Assembly: GCA_043803465.1 (NCBI GenBank) | Contig: JAZDKC010000040.1 | Span: 1-61,931, forward strand | Source: Candidatus Micrarchaeota archaeon | GTDB lineage: Archaea > Micrarchaeota > Micrarchaeia > Norongarragalinales > SBBD01 | DNA length: 61,931 nucleotides | Direction: 5' to 3' | In this document: positions 35,892 through 46,516 of the stretch, in pieces | Layout of the letters: the number at the start of each line of letters is the position of its first letter | Numbering within the stretch: position 1 is the stretch's first letter | The notes under the pieces: generated by a model | Database searches by the model: none | What the model was told of the DNA's origin: nothing | The model's input: the letters and a program-made list of their open reading frames with translations, nothing else | Program-made: the position numbers and the translations under genes

Positions 35892-36977
35892 TTAGATGTA
35901 GTTTACGTTCTCCAACCCCATCGCATCCGCAACTGCCTGCTTCTTCTTCTCCTCATGCCTTAGCACATTGGGTGAAGTGACGCCGGTCACAACTGCGGTC
36001 ACGATGATCTTGTCTCCAAGCTCCGGTGAAATCCTTGCACCCCATTTGACGTACGCCTTCGAGTCAAATGCAGCAGTGATTCCCTCCCCGATCTTCACAG
36101 CCTCTCCCAATGTCAATTGGGGCCCGCCGTTGATCAGGATGAGTGCGCCCTTCGAGCCCGCATAATCAACATCCAAAAGGGGATGCTCCAAAGTGCTTTG
36201 GATCACATTCTTCACGCGGTCCGTTCCGCTTGCCTCTCCAATTGAGATCATTGCAGTGCCTGCATTGCCCATGATCATCCTAAGGTCGGCAAAGTCGATG
36301 TTCATCAGCGATGGCAGCATCACGGTGTCCGCTATGCCTTTCACGGCTTTCGCGACCAGAGTGTCCGCAACTGCGAATGCCTGGTTCATCGGAAGGTTCG
36401 GGACGAATTGCACGAGCTTGTTGTTGTCGATTATGACAACAGTGTCGCAAGTTTCCTGCAATGCATTCAATCCCCAGTCCGCTTTCTCAAGCCTTGCCCT
36501 TTCCAGTGCGAAGGGGAAGGTGACCATTCCGACAGTGATTGCGCCCTGCTGCTTTGCTATCTGAGCAACGATCGGGGCCGCTCCGGTTCCAGTGCCGCCG
36601 CCCATACCTGCGGTGATGAAGACTAATTCAGAATCCTTCAGCACTTCACTTAGCTTATCCCTTGCGCTCTCAGCTGCTTTCGCCCCTACTTCAGGGAATC
36701 CGCCCGCTCCAAGGCCCTTGGTCATGGATGCGCCGATTAAAAGCTTCCTGTTCGCTTCCACCAATCTCAAGTGGTTCGCATCAGTGTTGATGGCGATTGT
36801 ATCCGCGCTCGTGATGCCCATTTTGGTGAGCCTCGATACGCAGTTCGTGCCTGCTCCTCCGACTCCGACGACTGTTATCTTCAGTTTCGCGGGAGTGAAG
36901 GACTTCCCTGCTTCTTCAGGGAGCTTGTCGTGCGCACTGTACTTCAGTGCATCTGCAATTAAACTATCCATACACAT
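35892..36977 (-). CDS. ftsZ: Cell-division GTPase FtsZ (paralog 1)
   Basis: It has the tubulin signature GGGTGTGAAPIVAQIAK, GVGGAGTN and NTDANHL. GGAGGAG precedes the second ATG (36971), which may be the real start. Confidence 0.95.
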   Translation of the reverse strand: MCMDSLIADALKYSAHDKLPEEAGKSFTPAKLKITVVGVGGAGTNCVSRLTKMGITSADTIAINTDANHLRLVEANRKLLIGASMTKGLGAGGFPEVGAKAAESARDKLSEVLKDSELVFITAGMGGGTGTGAAPIVAQIAKQQGAITVGMVTFPFALERARLEKADWGLNALQETCDTVVIIDNNKLVQFVPNLPMNQAFAVADTLVAKAVKGIADTVMLPSLMNIDFADLRMIMGNAGTAMISIGEASGTDRVKNVIQSTLEHPLLDVDYAGSKGALILINGGPQLTLGEAVKIGEGITAAFDSKAYVKWGARISPELGDKIIVTAVVTGVTSPNVLRHEEKKKQAVADAMGLENVNYI

Positions 36978-37127
36978 CTCCTCCGGTGGGTTTACCGTTT
37001 ATCCAATGGTTTTTTTGCAAGCGTGCGTAATTTTGCCTGCGCGCCTCGAACGAGGGAAAAACATGATGTGAAATCGCAGCTAATCAACTGCGCATATTTC
37101 CAAGGTGGGATTTAATCCCCAAATAAT

Positions 37128-37175
37128 GGGGTAGAGGCGACACGAGTAGGGGAAATGTGTTCCCCTGGAGGTGTC
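37128..37175 (+). repeat. G-rich hairpin element, copy between the two ftsZ genes
   Basis: Sequence: GGGGTAGAGGC GACAC GAG TAGGGGAA ATGTG TTCCCCTG GAG GTGTC. Its 3' end overlaps the stop codon of ftsZ paralog 2 on the opposite strand. A GGGATT-T-AATCCC palindrome lies 10 nt upstream (37107-37119). Confidence 0.7.
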
Positions 37176-38241
37176 AGCCAATGATCTCGATGTCGTACCC
37201 AAGCTCTCTTTCTGCTTCCTTCTTCTTGGTTACATCCCTGCCAACTATGTTGGCCGAGGTGACACCGGTAACTATTGCAACGATCTCCAGCTTTCCATCG
37301 AAGTCAGGTAGCAGCCTTGCTCCCCACTTGACAGAAGCCTTCGCATCCATTGTCTCCGTGATCCTCTCTCCTGCCCGGATCGCATCCCCCAAAGTAAGGT
37401 CCGCGCCTCCGGCAATGTGGATCAGTGCGCCTTTTGCGCCTGCAAAATCCACATCAAGCAGGCGGTTCTTCATGACGCCCTCAACTGCATCATCCACCTT
37501 GTTTGGACCCTTTCCGCTTCCCACTGCAATCATTCCAACGTCCCCTTGCCCCATGATCGACCTGACATCAGCAAAATCTATGTTGACCAGGGATGGTTGG
37601 GTAATTGTGAAAACTAAACCTCCTATTGCCTTTGCAAGAATCTCATCCGCAACAAGGAACGCCTGGTTCATCGGCAGGTTCGGCACGATCTGCACGAGCC
37701 TGTTGTTGTCGAGAATGATGACTGAATCGGCGGTGTTTCTCAGGCGGTTGATTCCGTCCTCCGCCTTCGTGACCCTTGCGCGCTCTAGTGCGAAGGGGTA
37801 TGTTACCATCGCAACCACAATTGCGCCCATTTCCTTTGCGACCTCTGCAATGATCGGCGCAGCGCCAGTCCCAGTGCCTCCGCCCATGCCTGCGCAGATG
37901 AAAACCAGATGGGAACCGGAAAGCGCCCTTCGGATCTCCTCGCGGTCCATTTCAGCGCACTTCGCGCCTACTTCCGGGTATCCGCCTGCACCCAGCCCTT
38001 TTGTGATCGACTTACCAATCAGGAATTTCTTGACCCCTTCTTCAACGATATTCAAATGCTGCCTATCCGTGTTGCATGCAATCAATTCCGCGCCCTTCAC
38101 TCCAAGCCTCTTCAACCTGTTGACAGTGTTGTTCCCGCCGCCTCCGACTCCGATTACGGATATGCGGATGTGCTCGAATTCCTCACTTCTAACTCCAGTT
38201 GCACTAGAGCCACTTAAAGCGGATTTAATGATGCTCTCCAT
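37174..38241 (-). CDS. ftsZ: Cell-division GTPase FtsZ (paralog 2)
   Basis: It has the tubulin signature GGGTGTGAAPIIAEVAK, GVGGGGNN and NTDRQHL. 355 aa. Confidence 0.95.
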   Translation of the reverse strand: MESIIKSALSGSSATGVRSEEFEHIRISVIGVGGGGNNTVNRLKRLGVKGAELIACNTDRQHLNIVEEGVKKFLIGKSITKGLGAGGYPEVGAKCAEMDREEIRRALSGSHLVFICAGMGGGTGTGAAPIIAEVAKEMGAIVVAMVTYPFALERARVTKAEDGINRLRNTADSVIILDNNRLVQIVPNLPMNQAFLVADEILAKAIGGLVFTITQPSLVNIDFADVRSIMGQGDVGMIAVGSGKGPNKVDDAVEGVMKNRLLDVDFAGAKGALIHIAGGADLTLGDAIRAGERITETMDAKASVKWGARLLPDFDGKLEIVAIVTGVTSANIVGRDVTKKKEAERELGYDIEIIG

Positions 38242-38795
38242 AAATTATCGCCTCATCTCTAAACCTTTGGGTTTTTTGCTATTTGCATCAAGAAATTGTG
38301 CGATTAGCTTTAAATACTTTTCCATTCGTCCGCCCGAAAATACAACTAATGGGGCATTTTTCAAAGGGAAAGCACTATGATTGAAAAATAACCCCAAAAA
38401 TACGCCCTAAAACGGCCCATTCCGGCAAAAAACTCCCGGGAAAACACCGCAATTGCGCGATCATGCAATAAAACCGCCAATTTTGGCCATCTGGGCCCGA
38501 ATCCCAGGTTTTGATTGCACTTTTTTAGGCATTCCTAAAGATTTTTATACCGATTTGCGCATACGATTGGAAAACATTCAGGTGTTGATGCAAATGCCAA
38601 TGGGAAGGGACGTTTTTTTCATGTTTTCACTTTTCGTGAGCATCGTGCTGGTCCTTAGTGTGCACTGGTTCCTGGGGCTGGTCAATTTCATCATCGCTTA
38701 CGGCTACCTGATGGGCGAATGATTTTTTTCAAACGCCTATCCAAAATCCCGGTCGCAACAATCAACATTTAATAATTCCCAGTGCATAATCGCTA

Positions 38796-41252
38796 ATGGT
38801 TTTTATGCCTGAAAAGAAGCGCGCATTCCTTTTGGACGTCGGCTACTTGATGAAGAACAACACGTCGCTTCTGCGATTGTTGCTGAAGGATCCGCAAACA
38901 AAAAGGACCTATCGCGTTTATGACGGGGAATTCGAGCCGTACCTGTACCTGAGGCCAAAGGAGGGGGAAATTGATAAGATTCAAGAAGACCTGATGCGCA
39001 TCCGCGTATTCGACCACGGAAAGGAAGTGAAAATAAAAAAGGTCGGGAAAGTGACTCGCTCCTTGAGGCATGAGGAATACGATTTCTTGAAAATAACCTG
39101 CCTCCACCCATCCGATGTCACAAAAATTCGGGATGAGGCGAAAAAATTCGGCGAAACGTTCGAGCACGGGATCTCCTTCACGAAAAGGTACCTGATCGAC
39201 AAGGGATTGATTCCGATGAGGGAAGTCGAATTCCACGAGGGGGATGGGAGGAAAATCAGCGGCATCGCCCCCATTGAGGATGCACAACTATCGGAGGTTC
39301 CGATGAAATTAATGGCGCTCGATATTGAAACGTACAATCCGAAGGGCATTCCAAATCCGCTCTCCGACCCCGCAATACTGATCGGGTGGGCGGATGGGGA
39401 GGAGAAAGGCATTTTCACATTCCAGAAAAAAGTGAGGGATGAGAACGCCCACGTTTCTGCGACTGAAAAGGAGATGCTCGAGGCGTTTGGGGATTTCCTG
39501 AAAAGGAAAAAAGTCGATTTGCTCGCGACCTATAACGGGGATCAGTTCGATTTGCCGTATTTGCGGGACCGCGCAAAAGTTTTGAAAGCCGGAATGCACC
39601 TTGGAAGGGATAGGGCGCCACCGAAGAGCAAATCCCTGGGCCTTAGGATCCAGACATCGCTAAATGGCCGCATTCATTTCGATGTTTTCCCAATTGTTTC
39701 CTTCCTGAACACGATCGGCGCATACAAGCTTGCGCGCCTCACCCTTGAAAATGTATATTTTGAAATCCTCGGAGGGAAGAAACTCGATGTCAAGAAGGAA
39801 AACATCTGGAGGGATTGGGATTCGAACGATCCTGCGAAATTGAAATACCTCGCGGAATATTGCGAGAATGATGCGGTCGCGGCGTACAGGCTTGCAATGC
39901 ACGTGATGCCGCTTGAAATCGAGCTTTGCAGGCTGACCGGCACATCGATTTTCGATGCGACCAGGAGCACTTCGGGCCAGCTGATTGAAATGCTCCTGAT
40001 GAGGGAGGCGTTCAAGGCGCATGAGATCATACCGAATAAGCCAAAGTACGAGGAAGTCCAGAAAAGGCTGGCAAATCCGGTCGAGGGCGCGTTCGTCAAA
40101 TTGCCTTCCCCGGGCGGTTATGAGAATATTGCAGTGCTTGATTTCAGGAGCCTGTACCCTTCAATAATCATTTCGCATAACATCGATCCTTCGACTTTGA
40201 ATTGCAAGTGCTGCTCCAGGGAGGAGTCATATGTTTCGCCGCAGGGCCATCGGTTTTGCAAAAAAAGGAAGGGTTTGATTCCGAGAGTTTTGCAATTCGT
40301 GCTCAATTCCAGGTATGAAATCAATGGAAAAATGAAGGAATTGAAAAAGGACGGGAAGGAGGAGGGATTCGGGTACAAGGAGATGGATGCAAGGCAATGG
40401 GCGTTGAAGATCATGGCGAATTCGATGTATGGCTATTTGCTTTATGCGCGCTCCCGCTATTATTCCAGGGAAGCGGGCGAATCGGTCACCGCATATGCGC
40501 GCGAATACATCCAAAAAACCATGGAGAAGGCGAAGGAATTCGGGATGGATGTGCTTTACGGCGACACGGACAGCATTTTCTTGCTTTACGGCAAAAAGGA
40601 GGATGAGCATAAGGTGACGGAATTCCAGCACAGGATAAATTCGGAACTGCCGGAGGGACTGGAGCTCGAGCTTGAGGATATCTATCCCCGCGGGATTTTC
40701 GTGAGCAAGAAGCAGGAGGAGAAGGGCGCGAAGAAAAAATACGCGCTGATCAACCGCGCGGGCAAAATTAAAATACGGGGATTCGAGCTTGTGAGGAGGG
40801 ACTGGAGCAAGGTTGCGAAGGACACGCAGCGCAAGGTGCTTGAAATCATCCTGAAAGAGGGGGATGTCACCAAGGCAATCGTGCTTGTTCGTGAAGTGAT
40901 TGAAAACCTAAAGTCCGGAAACACGCCGCTCGAGGAGCTTTCAATAATGACCCAGCTGAAAAAGCAGGCCGGAAGCTATGATATCATCTCCCCGGAGGTT
41001 TCCGCGGTGCAAAAGGCGAAAAAAGCCGGAGTGGTGCTCGATGACATGCCGATGATCAGCTATGTGATAACGAAAATGGGAAAAACCATTTCCGAGAAGG
41101 CCACAATCGTGGAAATGGCCAAGGATTACGATCCGGATTATTACATCAACAACCAGGTGCTTCCCGCAGTGCTCAAAATACTTTCCGCTTTCGGCTTCGA
41201 TGCGGAAAGCCTGAAGATGAAGGGGCAGCAGAAGAGCCTGGGCGACTGGTGA
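38796..41252 (+). CDS. polB: Family-B DNA polymerase with all catalytic motifs intact
   Basis: Motifs present: ExoI LDIETYN, ExoII YNGDQFDLPYL, ExoIII EYCENDA, motif A DFRSLYPSII, motif B KIMANSMYGY, motif C YGDTDS, KKKYA. 818 aa, no intein. Confidence 0.95.
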   Translation: MVFMPEKKRAFLLDVGYLMKNNTSLLRLLLKDPQTKRTYRVYDGEFEPYLYLRPKEGEIDKIQEDLMRIRVFDHGKEVKIKKVGKVTRSLRHEEYDFLKITCLHPSDVTKIRDEAKKFGETFEHGISFTKRYLIDKGLIPMREVEFHEGDGRKISGIAPIEDAQLSEVPMKLMALDIETYNPKGIPNPLSDPAILIGWADGEEKGIFTFQKKVRDENAHVSATEKEMLEAFGDFLKRKKVDLLATYNGDQFDLPYLRDRAKVLKAGMHLGRDRAPPKSKSLGLRIQTSLNGRIHFDVFPIVSFLNTIGAYKLARLTLENVYFEILGGKKLDVKKENIWRDWDSNDPAKLKYLAEYCENDAVAAYRLAMHVMPLEIELCRLTGTSIFDATRSTSGQLIEMLLMREAFKAHEIIPNKPKYEEVQKRLANPVEGAFVKLPSPGGYENIAVLDFRSLYPSIIISHNIDPSTLNCKCCSREESYVSPQGHRFCKKRKGLIPRVLQFVLNSRYEINGKMKELKKDGKEEGFGYKEMDARQWALKIMANSMYGYLLYARSRYYSREAGESVTAYAREYIQKTMEKAKEFGMDVLYGDTDSIFLLYGKKEDEHKVTEFQHRINSELPEGLELELEDIYPRGIFVSKKQEEKGAKKKYALINRAGKIKIRGFELVRRDWSKVAKDTQRKVLEIILKEGDVTKAIVLVREVIENLKSGNTPLEELSIMTQLKKQAGSYDIISPEVSAVQKAKKAGVVLDDMPMISYVITKMGKTISEKATIVEMAKDYDPDYYINNQVLPAVLKILSAFGFDAESLKMKGQQKSLGDW

Positions 41253-41320
41253 AAAACCGATGGAAAATGCTCGACGCCGGAACGCGGCGGTTTTGGCAAA
41301 GCGGTTCTGAGGAAGCGCCG

Positions 41321-41698
41321 CTATTGCGTTCTGCCTTTATCCTGTTCCTTCACCCGTTCCCTTGCGGCCTGCAAATGCGCTTCCAGATCCTTTGCCACAT
41401 TGGAGGGTAGATCCATGATCAGGTGCAAATACGGCCGTCCATCCTGACCAGTTCTGTTGGACATCATCACGTTAACATTCCTTGCCTTCGAACCCAATGC
41501 GTTTATTCCATGCTCCCCATCAAAAACAGACTTGAATATCCGAATTATTCCCGCACGTTCTTCCGGCCCGATATGGTCGGCCCTAGCGATGAATGTTCCG
41601 CCTTGGCTTTCCCTCCTGAAAACGACCCTGCTCCTCTGCTCTGCAAGGTGCAGCGCATCCCCCAATTTCCCAAATAATTCCTGCTTTTCCCGGTTCAT
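41321..41698 (-). CDS. Hypothetical protein
   Basis: 125-aa ORF with protein-like composition. No motif recognised. Confidence 0.5.
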   Translation of the reverse strand: MNREKQELFGKLGDALHLAEQRSRVVFRRESQGGTFIARADHIGPEERAGIIRIFKSVFDGEHGINALGSKARNVNVMMSNRTGQDGRPYLHLIMDLPSNVAKDLEAHLQAARERVKEQDKGRTQ

Positions 41699-41777
41699 GA
41701 TATACGCCCCGCAATGGAAAAAAATGATGCTTAAAAAATTCCAAGTATTTTTGCCTTCGCTTCCATCAATGCCAAGT

Positions 41778-42407
41778 TCACTTCGCCGCCGCCTTTTCGC
41801 GCAGCTCGTCCATATGCATATTCAGCGAATACAGCACGCCATACGGTATGCGGTCAAACACCGATTTCGTGGGACTAAGGATGGGATGAAGATATTTTGA
41901 AACAACAGCCGAGGTGAAAATAGCCCTGAGCCCATCCCTTTTCTTCACCCCCAGTTTCGAGAAAACACTGATTTGTGAAAGATCGATTTTTTTGCCGGAT
42001 TTCTTTTCCAGTTCGAGGATCTGTTTCGCGACATCCGCCTGTTTCCGCTTTCCGAACCCGCGAAGTTGGAGCAGCCTGCGCATCGCAGTGCCCGCAGCCT
42101 CCGGGCCGAGCCCGCGGATCTGCAGCTCGTGGTATTTGCCGCCTGTGGAGACGATTTGCATCATTATTTTCAGGGGGGGCACTTGCATCCCTTCGCCGCT
42201 TGGCGATGAAAAAGATCGGGGTCTTTGGAATTTCATCAGGGATCGGTAAGTTTCTTCCCGGTTCACGATCTTCTGGACTTCTGTTCCGACTCTTTGCGCA
42301 TCCTCTATTTCCTTAAAACGGAATGAAAAGGTCAGGTTGCCTGCAGGGTCCATTTCAAATTTCCTAAGGCCGTTTTCGAAGAGCTGTTTCGCGAAGAGTT
42401 CGGACAT
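41778..42407 (-). CDS. Hypothetical protein
   Basis: 209-aa ORF with protein-like composition. No motif recognised. Confidence 0.5.
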   Translation of the reverse strand: MSELFAKQLFENGLRKFEMDPAGNLTFSFRFKEIEDAQRVGTEVQKIVNREETYRSLMKFQRPRSFSSPSGEGMQVPPLKIMMQIVSTGGKYHELQIRGLGPEAAGTAMRRLLQLRGFGKRKQADVAKQILELEKKSGKKIDLSQISVFSKLGVKKRDGLRAIFTSAVVSKYLHPILSPTKSVFDRIPYGVLYSLNMHMDELREKAAAK

Positions 42408-42535
42408 TCGATCACCGGATGGGGTTGGATTCCTAAGTGCAAAGGGATTTGGCAGGGCACATTTTTAACCCGTTCCGCCAATAGTGCCAAAGTGGAACTG
42501 ATCCTTGAAATTGGCAAAAAACCGCTAAGGCAGAA

Positions 42536-42805
42536 TCAGACCAGATTCCTTCTGTCAACGACCATAACGTCCTTGACATCAAGCACGGCAGAATATGGGA
42601 TGGTGATAAGGCCGGCGCCTTCCCTCTTTGCACGCACTGCAAGCGTGGAGTCCGGATTCGGCTCAACAAGCACGCTTTCGAGCTTGCCGGTAAGTTCGGA
42701 AAGGTACAGGTCAACGACCCGCCCTAGCTCCTCTCCGTCGGTTGTGATGACTCTTTTGCCTGCGAGCTGCTTGGCAATTGCGAATTTGACCATAGTATAT
42801 ACCAC
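42536..42805 (-). CDS. PRC-barrel domain protein
   Basis: 89 aa. LAGKRVITTDGEELGRVVDLYLSELTGKLESVLVEP....IPYSAVLDVKDVMVV is the typical PRC-barrel pattern. Confidence 0.7.
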   Translation of the reverse strand: MVYTMVKFAIAKQLAGKRVITTDGEELGRVVDLYLSELTGKLESVLVEPNPDSTLAVRAKREGAGLITIPYSAVLDVKDVMVVDRRNLV

Positions 42806-42843
42806 CTTATAAGCAGAAACGAAAATAATTTCTCAGGTGCAAT

Positions 42844-45800
42844 TTAAATACCTTTCGAATCGTTTTTCGAGGGAGAAATCGATGCTTTTGCCTGCTCCGC
42901 AAGCTGTTTTTCCGCCAATTCGACCTCCACCAGCTGCGATACGCCCTTCACCATCGAAACCCCTATCAGGCAATCCGAGGTGGTGTAGGTCATTTGGTTG
43001 TGCGTGACCGAGACAATCTGCGAATTCTTGCTAAGTTCCTTGATCAAAAGCGCAAGTTTGCGCGAGTTTTCCTGGTCCAGCGCCGCATCCGCCTCATCCA
43101 GGATATATAGGGAGGAGGGGTTGTAGGCCTGGATCGCAAACAGGAATAGCGTTGCGATGAGCGATTTCTCGCCGCCGCTCATCAGCTCGAGGTATTTTAC
43201 CTCCTTGTTTTCCAGCTGCGCCTTGATGGTAAGGCCGCCCTCGAAGGGGTTCACCTCGTTTTCCAGGAACAATGTGCCCCTCCCCCTGAAAATCTGCGAG
43301 AACAGGTTGATGAAATTCTGGTTCACCGCATGGTATGCGGCCATGAAAGTTGAAATTTTCTTGCCTTCGATTGCGGAAATCATGTCCATGATCGCCTTCT
43401 TCTCGTTCGCAAGCTGCGCAACCTTCAATTTCTGCTCCTCGAAATCCTCCGCGCGGTAATCGTATTCCTCGATCGCCTTCTGGTTGATCGTGCCGATCCC
43501 CGCAAGCTCCTCTTCCGCCTTCTTGGTCTTGAAAATCAGCTCCGCCTTGTCCCCTATTTTTAGCAGCACAACTCCGTCATATCTTGCAAATTCCGCCTTC
43601 AGGTTCGCGAGGTTGGTTTCCGCAATCGCCCTGCCGACCTCCTGCTTTTGCTTCTCCGCAGCAAGCTTTTCCCTTTCGAATTCGAATTTGCCCTTCTGGG
43701 TCGCGATCTTGTAGATTTGCGCATCGAGCATTTCGCGCTCCTCAAGCAAATCCTTCAGGGCGGATGAAATCAACTTCAATTCCGCATTCTTTTCCGCTGA
43801 AAGCTTGGCGCCCTCCTTGATTACAGTTTCGCATTTGGAGATTTCTTCCCTCGCGGATTTGATTTCCTGCTTAAGGTCGGCCTCTATCTTTTCCAGGTTC
43901 CTGAATTCCCGCTCATATGCGGAATGCTGCGTATTGAGCGCCTCGAGCTTGTTTTGGTAGTCGGAATGCGAGAATTTCAGGTCGGCAAGCTTCTTTTCCC
44001 TCTCTTTTAGGGCGATCCCGAAATTCTTCTCCTTCTCGACATCGATTTTGGACTTCAAGTCGAGCGAAAGGATGTTCAAATCCGATAATTTGCGCACCAG
44101 GCCGGATTTGTCCTCATCGAATTTTTCTATTTGCCTCTGCGCCGCGTCCATCTCCTTTTGCAGCGCATTCACCGCCTCCCGCACGTTCTTGCTCTTTTCC
44201 TCGAATTCGCCCTCCAATTTGTCATAATTCTGCAATTCGAGCTCCAGCGCGCGGATCTTCACCTCCACTTCCGCCTTTTTCTTCCTCTCAACGCCCATTT
44301 CCTGCTGGGCGGAATACAATTCGCCAAGCAAATCCTCCTTCAACGATTTCATCTGCTGCAATTTCTTGTCAAATTCATCCATCTGCTCCTTCATTTTCGC
44401 TATGTTCACGCGCTCGGTGAAACTCCCGCCTGTCACGAGCCCTGCTTGCTCGATGAGAGCGCCATCCATGGTCACAATGCGCGCCTTGCCGATGAGCTGC
44501 TCGGATTCCTTCAAATTGGATGTGAGGAGCGTGTTGGTAAGAACATACTCGAATGCCTTCTTGTATTTCTTGTCGAACTCAAGCAAATTGATCATGAAAC
44601 CCAGGGCGCCCTTCTCCTTTTCGAGTAAGAGTTCATCCTTGCGCAATTCATACGGCCTTATTTTATCCAATGGAATGAAAGACACCCTGCCCAAGCTCCG
44701 ATGCTTGAGGGTCTCGATTAGTTTTTCCGCGACCTTGACCGAATCCACAATCACATAATTCAGCCTTCCGCCAATTGCGACCTGCACCGGAAGGGAATAT
44801 TTCAAATCATAGCTGCAAAGATTTTCGACTGTGCCATGTATCCCATCCATCTTGCCCTTTTGCTCCAGCACGTGTTGCACTCCGCGCGATACTTCCGCTT
44901 CCTTTGAATGCTGCAGCCTTATTGTTATCTCGGTGCTCTTGATTTTTGCCAAAAGCAGCTCCTTTTCGCTCTCCGCGATCTTGGTGTTCAGCTGCTTTTC
45001 ATTGTTGAATAGCAAATCCAATTTCCTGGAAATTTCATTAAGCTCCTTTTGGAGTGTTTTTTTGCCCTCCTCGACAGATTTCCGCTTGTCGGAATAATCT
45101 TCTTTTACTCCCTGCTTGAGCCTCTTCAATTCGTTTTCCTTGAGGTGCGATATCTCCTGCAATTTCCCCGCTTCGGCCTGGATTGCATTGAGCTGCTCCT
45201 TGATATTCAGCATCCCCTGCTGCGCATCATCATACCCCTTCTTGCTCTTGAAGAAATCATCCGAGAATTTGTCGCCCTCCTTCACAATTTCGTCGAGCTT
45301 CTTTTGTTCTGTGCCCAAAATTTCGTTGAGTGACTTGATTTCTGCGGTGATTTCATCGATTTTCCTTTTCGCGCCCTTCACTTCGTCGAACGCATGCGTC
45401 TTCTCGTTTTGCATCCCCAAGATGCGCTCCTCGTTCTTCTTGATTGCGGACCTCTTCTCATCCATCATCGCACGGTTGCGCTCGATTTCGCCCCTTAAAT
45501 TCTCTATTTCCTTTTCCAGCACGAGCTGCTTGCCCTCGCTCCTCTCGGAAATCTTGCGGTGCACCTCGTCCTTTTGCAGCTGCAGGGCATTGATCTCCCC
45601 ATGCAGCCTGCCCATTTCCCTCATTATTTGGTCATTTTTCGAGTTGAGGTCGACCATCGAATTGACCGCATTCTCAAACTCGATTTCAACTGCATGCAAA
45701 TCAATTGAAATCAATGTGGCCCTAAGGGAGTCTAAATCCTTTTGCAAAGAAAGGAACCTCTCCGCATCCTCCTTGTCCTTCCTAAGCCGCTCAAGGATCC

Positions 45801-46353
45801 CTTCGCGCTCCCCTAAAATCACAGCCGCTTCCTTGAGCCTATCCTCCACGCGATCGAGCTCCGAAAGAGCCTCCTTCTTCTTTTCCTCATATTCGAGCAC
45901 ATTTGCGATGTTGTCAACCAAAGTGCGGCGCTCCTTGGAGTTCATTTCAACTATTTGCTGCACCTGCCCTTGCTGTATGATGTTGTAAGTGCTGATCCCG
46001 TTCGCGCGCAGCAAATCCTCGACAACGTATTTGTGCACGCGCTTGCCATTCATGAGGTAGCGCAATTTGCCGTCATTGCGGATTGCCCTGCTGACCTGCA
46101 CCTTTTCGCCCTTTCCATCGGATAGGGTGATGGTAACTTCGGCGATTTTGGAATGGGTGCAAATCAGGTCCGGGGTTTTTTTGGCCCGCAAAGCCCGGAT
46201 GCGGCTCTCCCCCAGCGCGAACAGGATCGCGTCAACGATGTTGCTCTTGCCCGAGCCGTTCGGCCCGATTATGGCATTGAACCCGCGGGAGAGGTGGATC
46301 TTGGCGTCCCTGAAGGACTTGAAATTTCGAAGTTCGACTGATTCAACAAACAT
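42844..46353 (-). CDS. smc: Chromosome segregation protein SMC
   Basis: It has the N-terminal Walker A GPNGSGKSN, two long coiled coils around a hinge, the C-terminal signature LMSGGEKS and Walker B LYILDEADAALD. 1169 aa. Confidence 0.95.
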   Translation of the reverse strand: MFVESVELRNFKSFRDAKIHLSRGFNAIIGPNGSGKSNIVDAILFALGESRIRALRAKKTPDLICTHSKIAEVTITLSDGKGEKVQVSRAIRNDGKLRYLMNGKRVHKYVVEDLLRANGISTYNIIQQGQVQQIVEMNSKERRTLVDNIANVLEYEEKKKEALSELDRVEDRLKEAAVILGEREGILERLRKDKEDAERFLSLQKDLDSLRATLISIDLHAVEIEFENAVNSMVDLNSKNDQIMREMGRLHGEINALQLQKDEVHRKISERSEGKQLVLEKEIENLRGEIERNRAMMDEKRSAIKKNEERILGMQNEKTHAFDEVKGAKRKIDEITAEIKSLNEILGTEQKKLDEIVKEGDKFSDDFFKSKKGYDDAQQGMLNIKEQLNAIQAEAGKLQEISHLKENELKRLKQGVKEDYSDKRKSVEEGKKTLQKELNEISRKLDLLFNNEKQLNTKIAESEKELLLAKIKSTEITIRLQHSKEAEVSRGVQHVLEQKGKMDGIHGTVENLCSYDLKYSLPVQVAIGGRLNYVIVDSVKVAEKLIETLKHRSLGRVSFIPLDKIRPYELRKDELLLEKEKGALGFMINLLEFDKKYKKAFEYVLTNTLLTSNLKESEQLIGKARIVTMDGALIEQAGLVTGGSFTERVNIAKMKEQMDEFDKKLQQMKSLKEDLLGELYSAQQEMGVERKKKAEVEVKIRALELELQNYDKLEGEFEEKSKNVREAVNALQKEMDAAQRQIEKFDEDKSGLVRKLSDLNILSLDLKSKIDVEKEKNFGIALKEREKKLADLKFSHSDYQNKLEALNTQHSAYEREFRNLEKIEADLKQEIKSAREEISKCETVIKEGAKLSAEKNAELKLISSALKDLLEEREMLDAQIYKIATQKGKFEFEREKLAAEKQKQEVGRAIAETNLANLKAEFARYDGVVLLKIGDKAELIFKTKKAEEELAGIGTINQKAIEEYDYRAEDFEEQKLKVAQLANEKKAIMDMISAIEGKKISTFMAAYHAVNQNFINLFSQIFRGRGTLFLENEVNPFEGGLTIKAQLENKEVKYLELMSGGEKSLIATLFLFAIQAYNPSSLYILDEADAALDQENSRKLALLIKELSKNSQIVSVTHNQMTYTTSDCLIGVSMVKGVSQLVEVELAEKQLAEQAKASISPSKNDSKGI

Positions 46354-46516
46354 TGGAACTCACGAGTGGGAAAATGGAATTAATACGCAGGAAGGGTTTA
46401 AAAGCCATTTCGATGGTAGAGTATATTCGATAATATGCCCGAAGAAAAGGCCCGATATCCGTATGTTGGCGTCTACAGGAAAACAGCGGTGCCGAAACAA
46501 AAGTAGCGGAAGGAAA

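Noticed and set aside
37157-38380. 407-aa plus-strand ORF antisense to ftsZ paralog 2, preceded by GGAGGTG plus a 7-nt spacer and an ATG supplied by the hairpin element
   Set aside because: The product is Ser/Pro/Ala/Thr-rich low-complexity sequence, typical of the antisense frame of a codon-biased gene. It fully overlaps a gene with unmistakable FtsZ motifs. ftsZ paralog 1 has similar antisense ORFs without any such start context.
38453-38722. 89-aa ORF upstream of polB as a small membrane protein gene
   Set aside because: Only the last ~40 aa are hydrophobic and protein-like, there is no clear start context, and no motif is present. The support is too weak to annotate.
45116-45988. Long antisense or overlapping ORFs inside smc. 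The same occurs elsewhere: 54461..55195 across the tandem paralogs, 4644..5588, 47407..48090, 27340..28005, 34085..34702, 22548..23249, and many inside the giant gene.
   Set aside because: Each lies wholly within a longer ORF that has recognisable motifs or better composition. Their translations are low-complexity (S/F/L/R/P-rich) and lack motifs.
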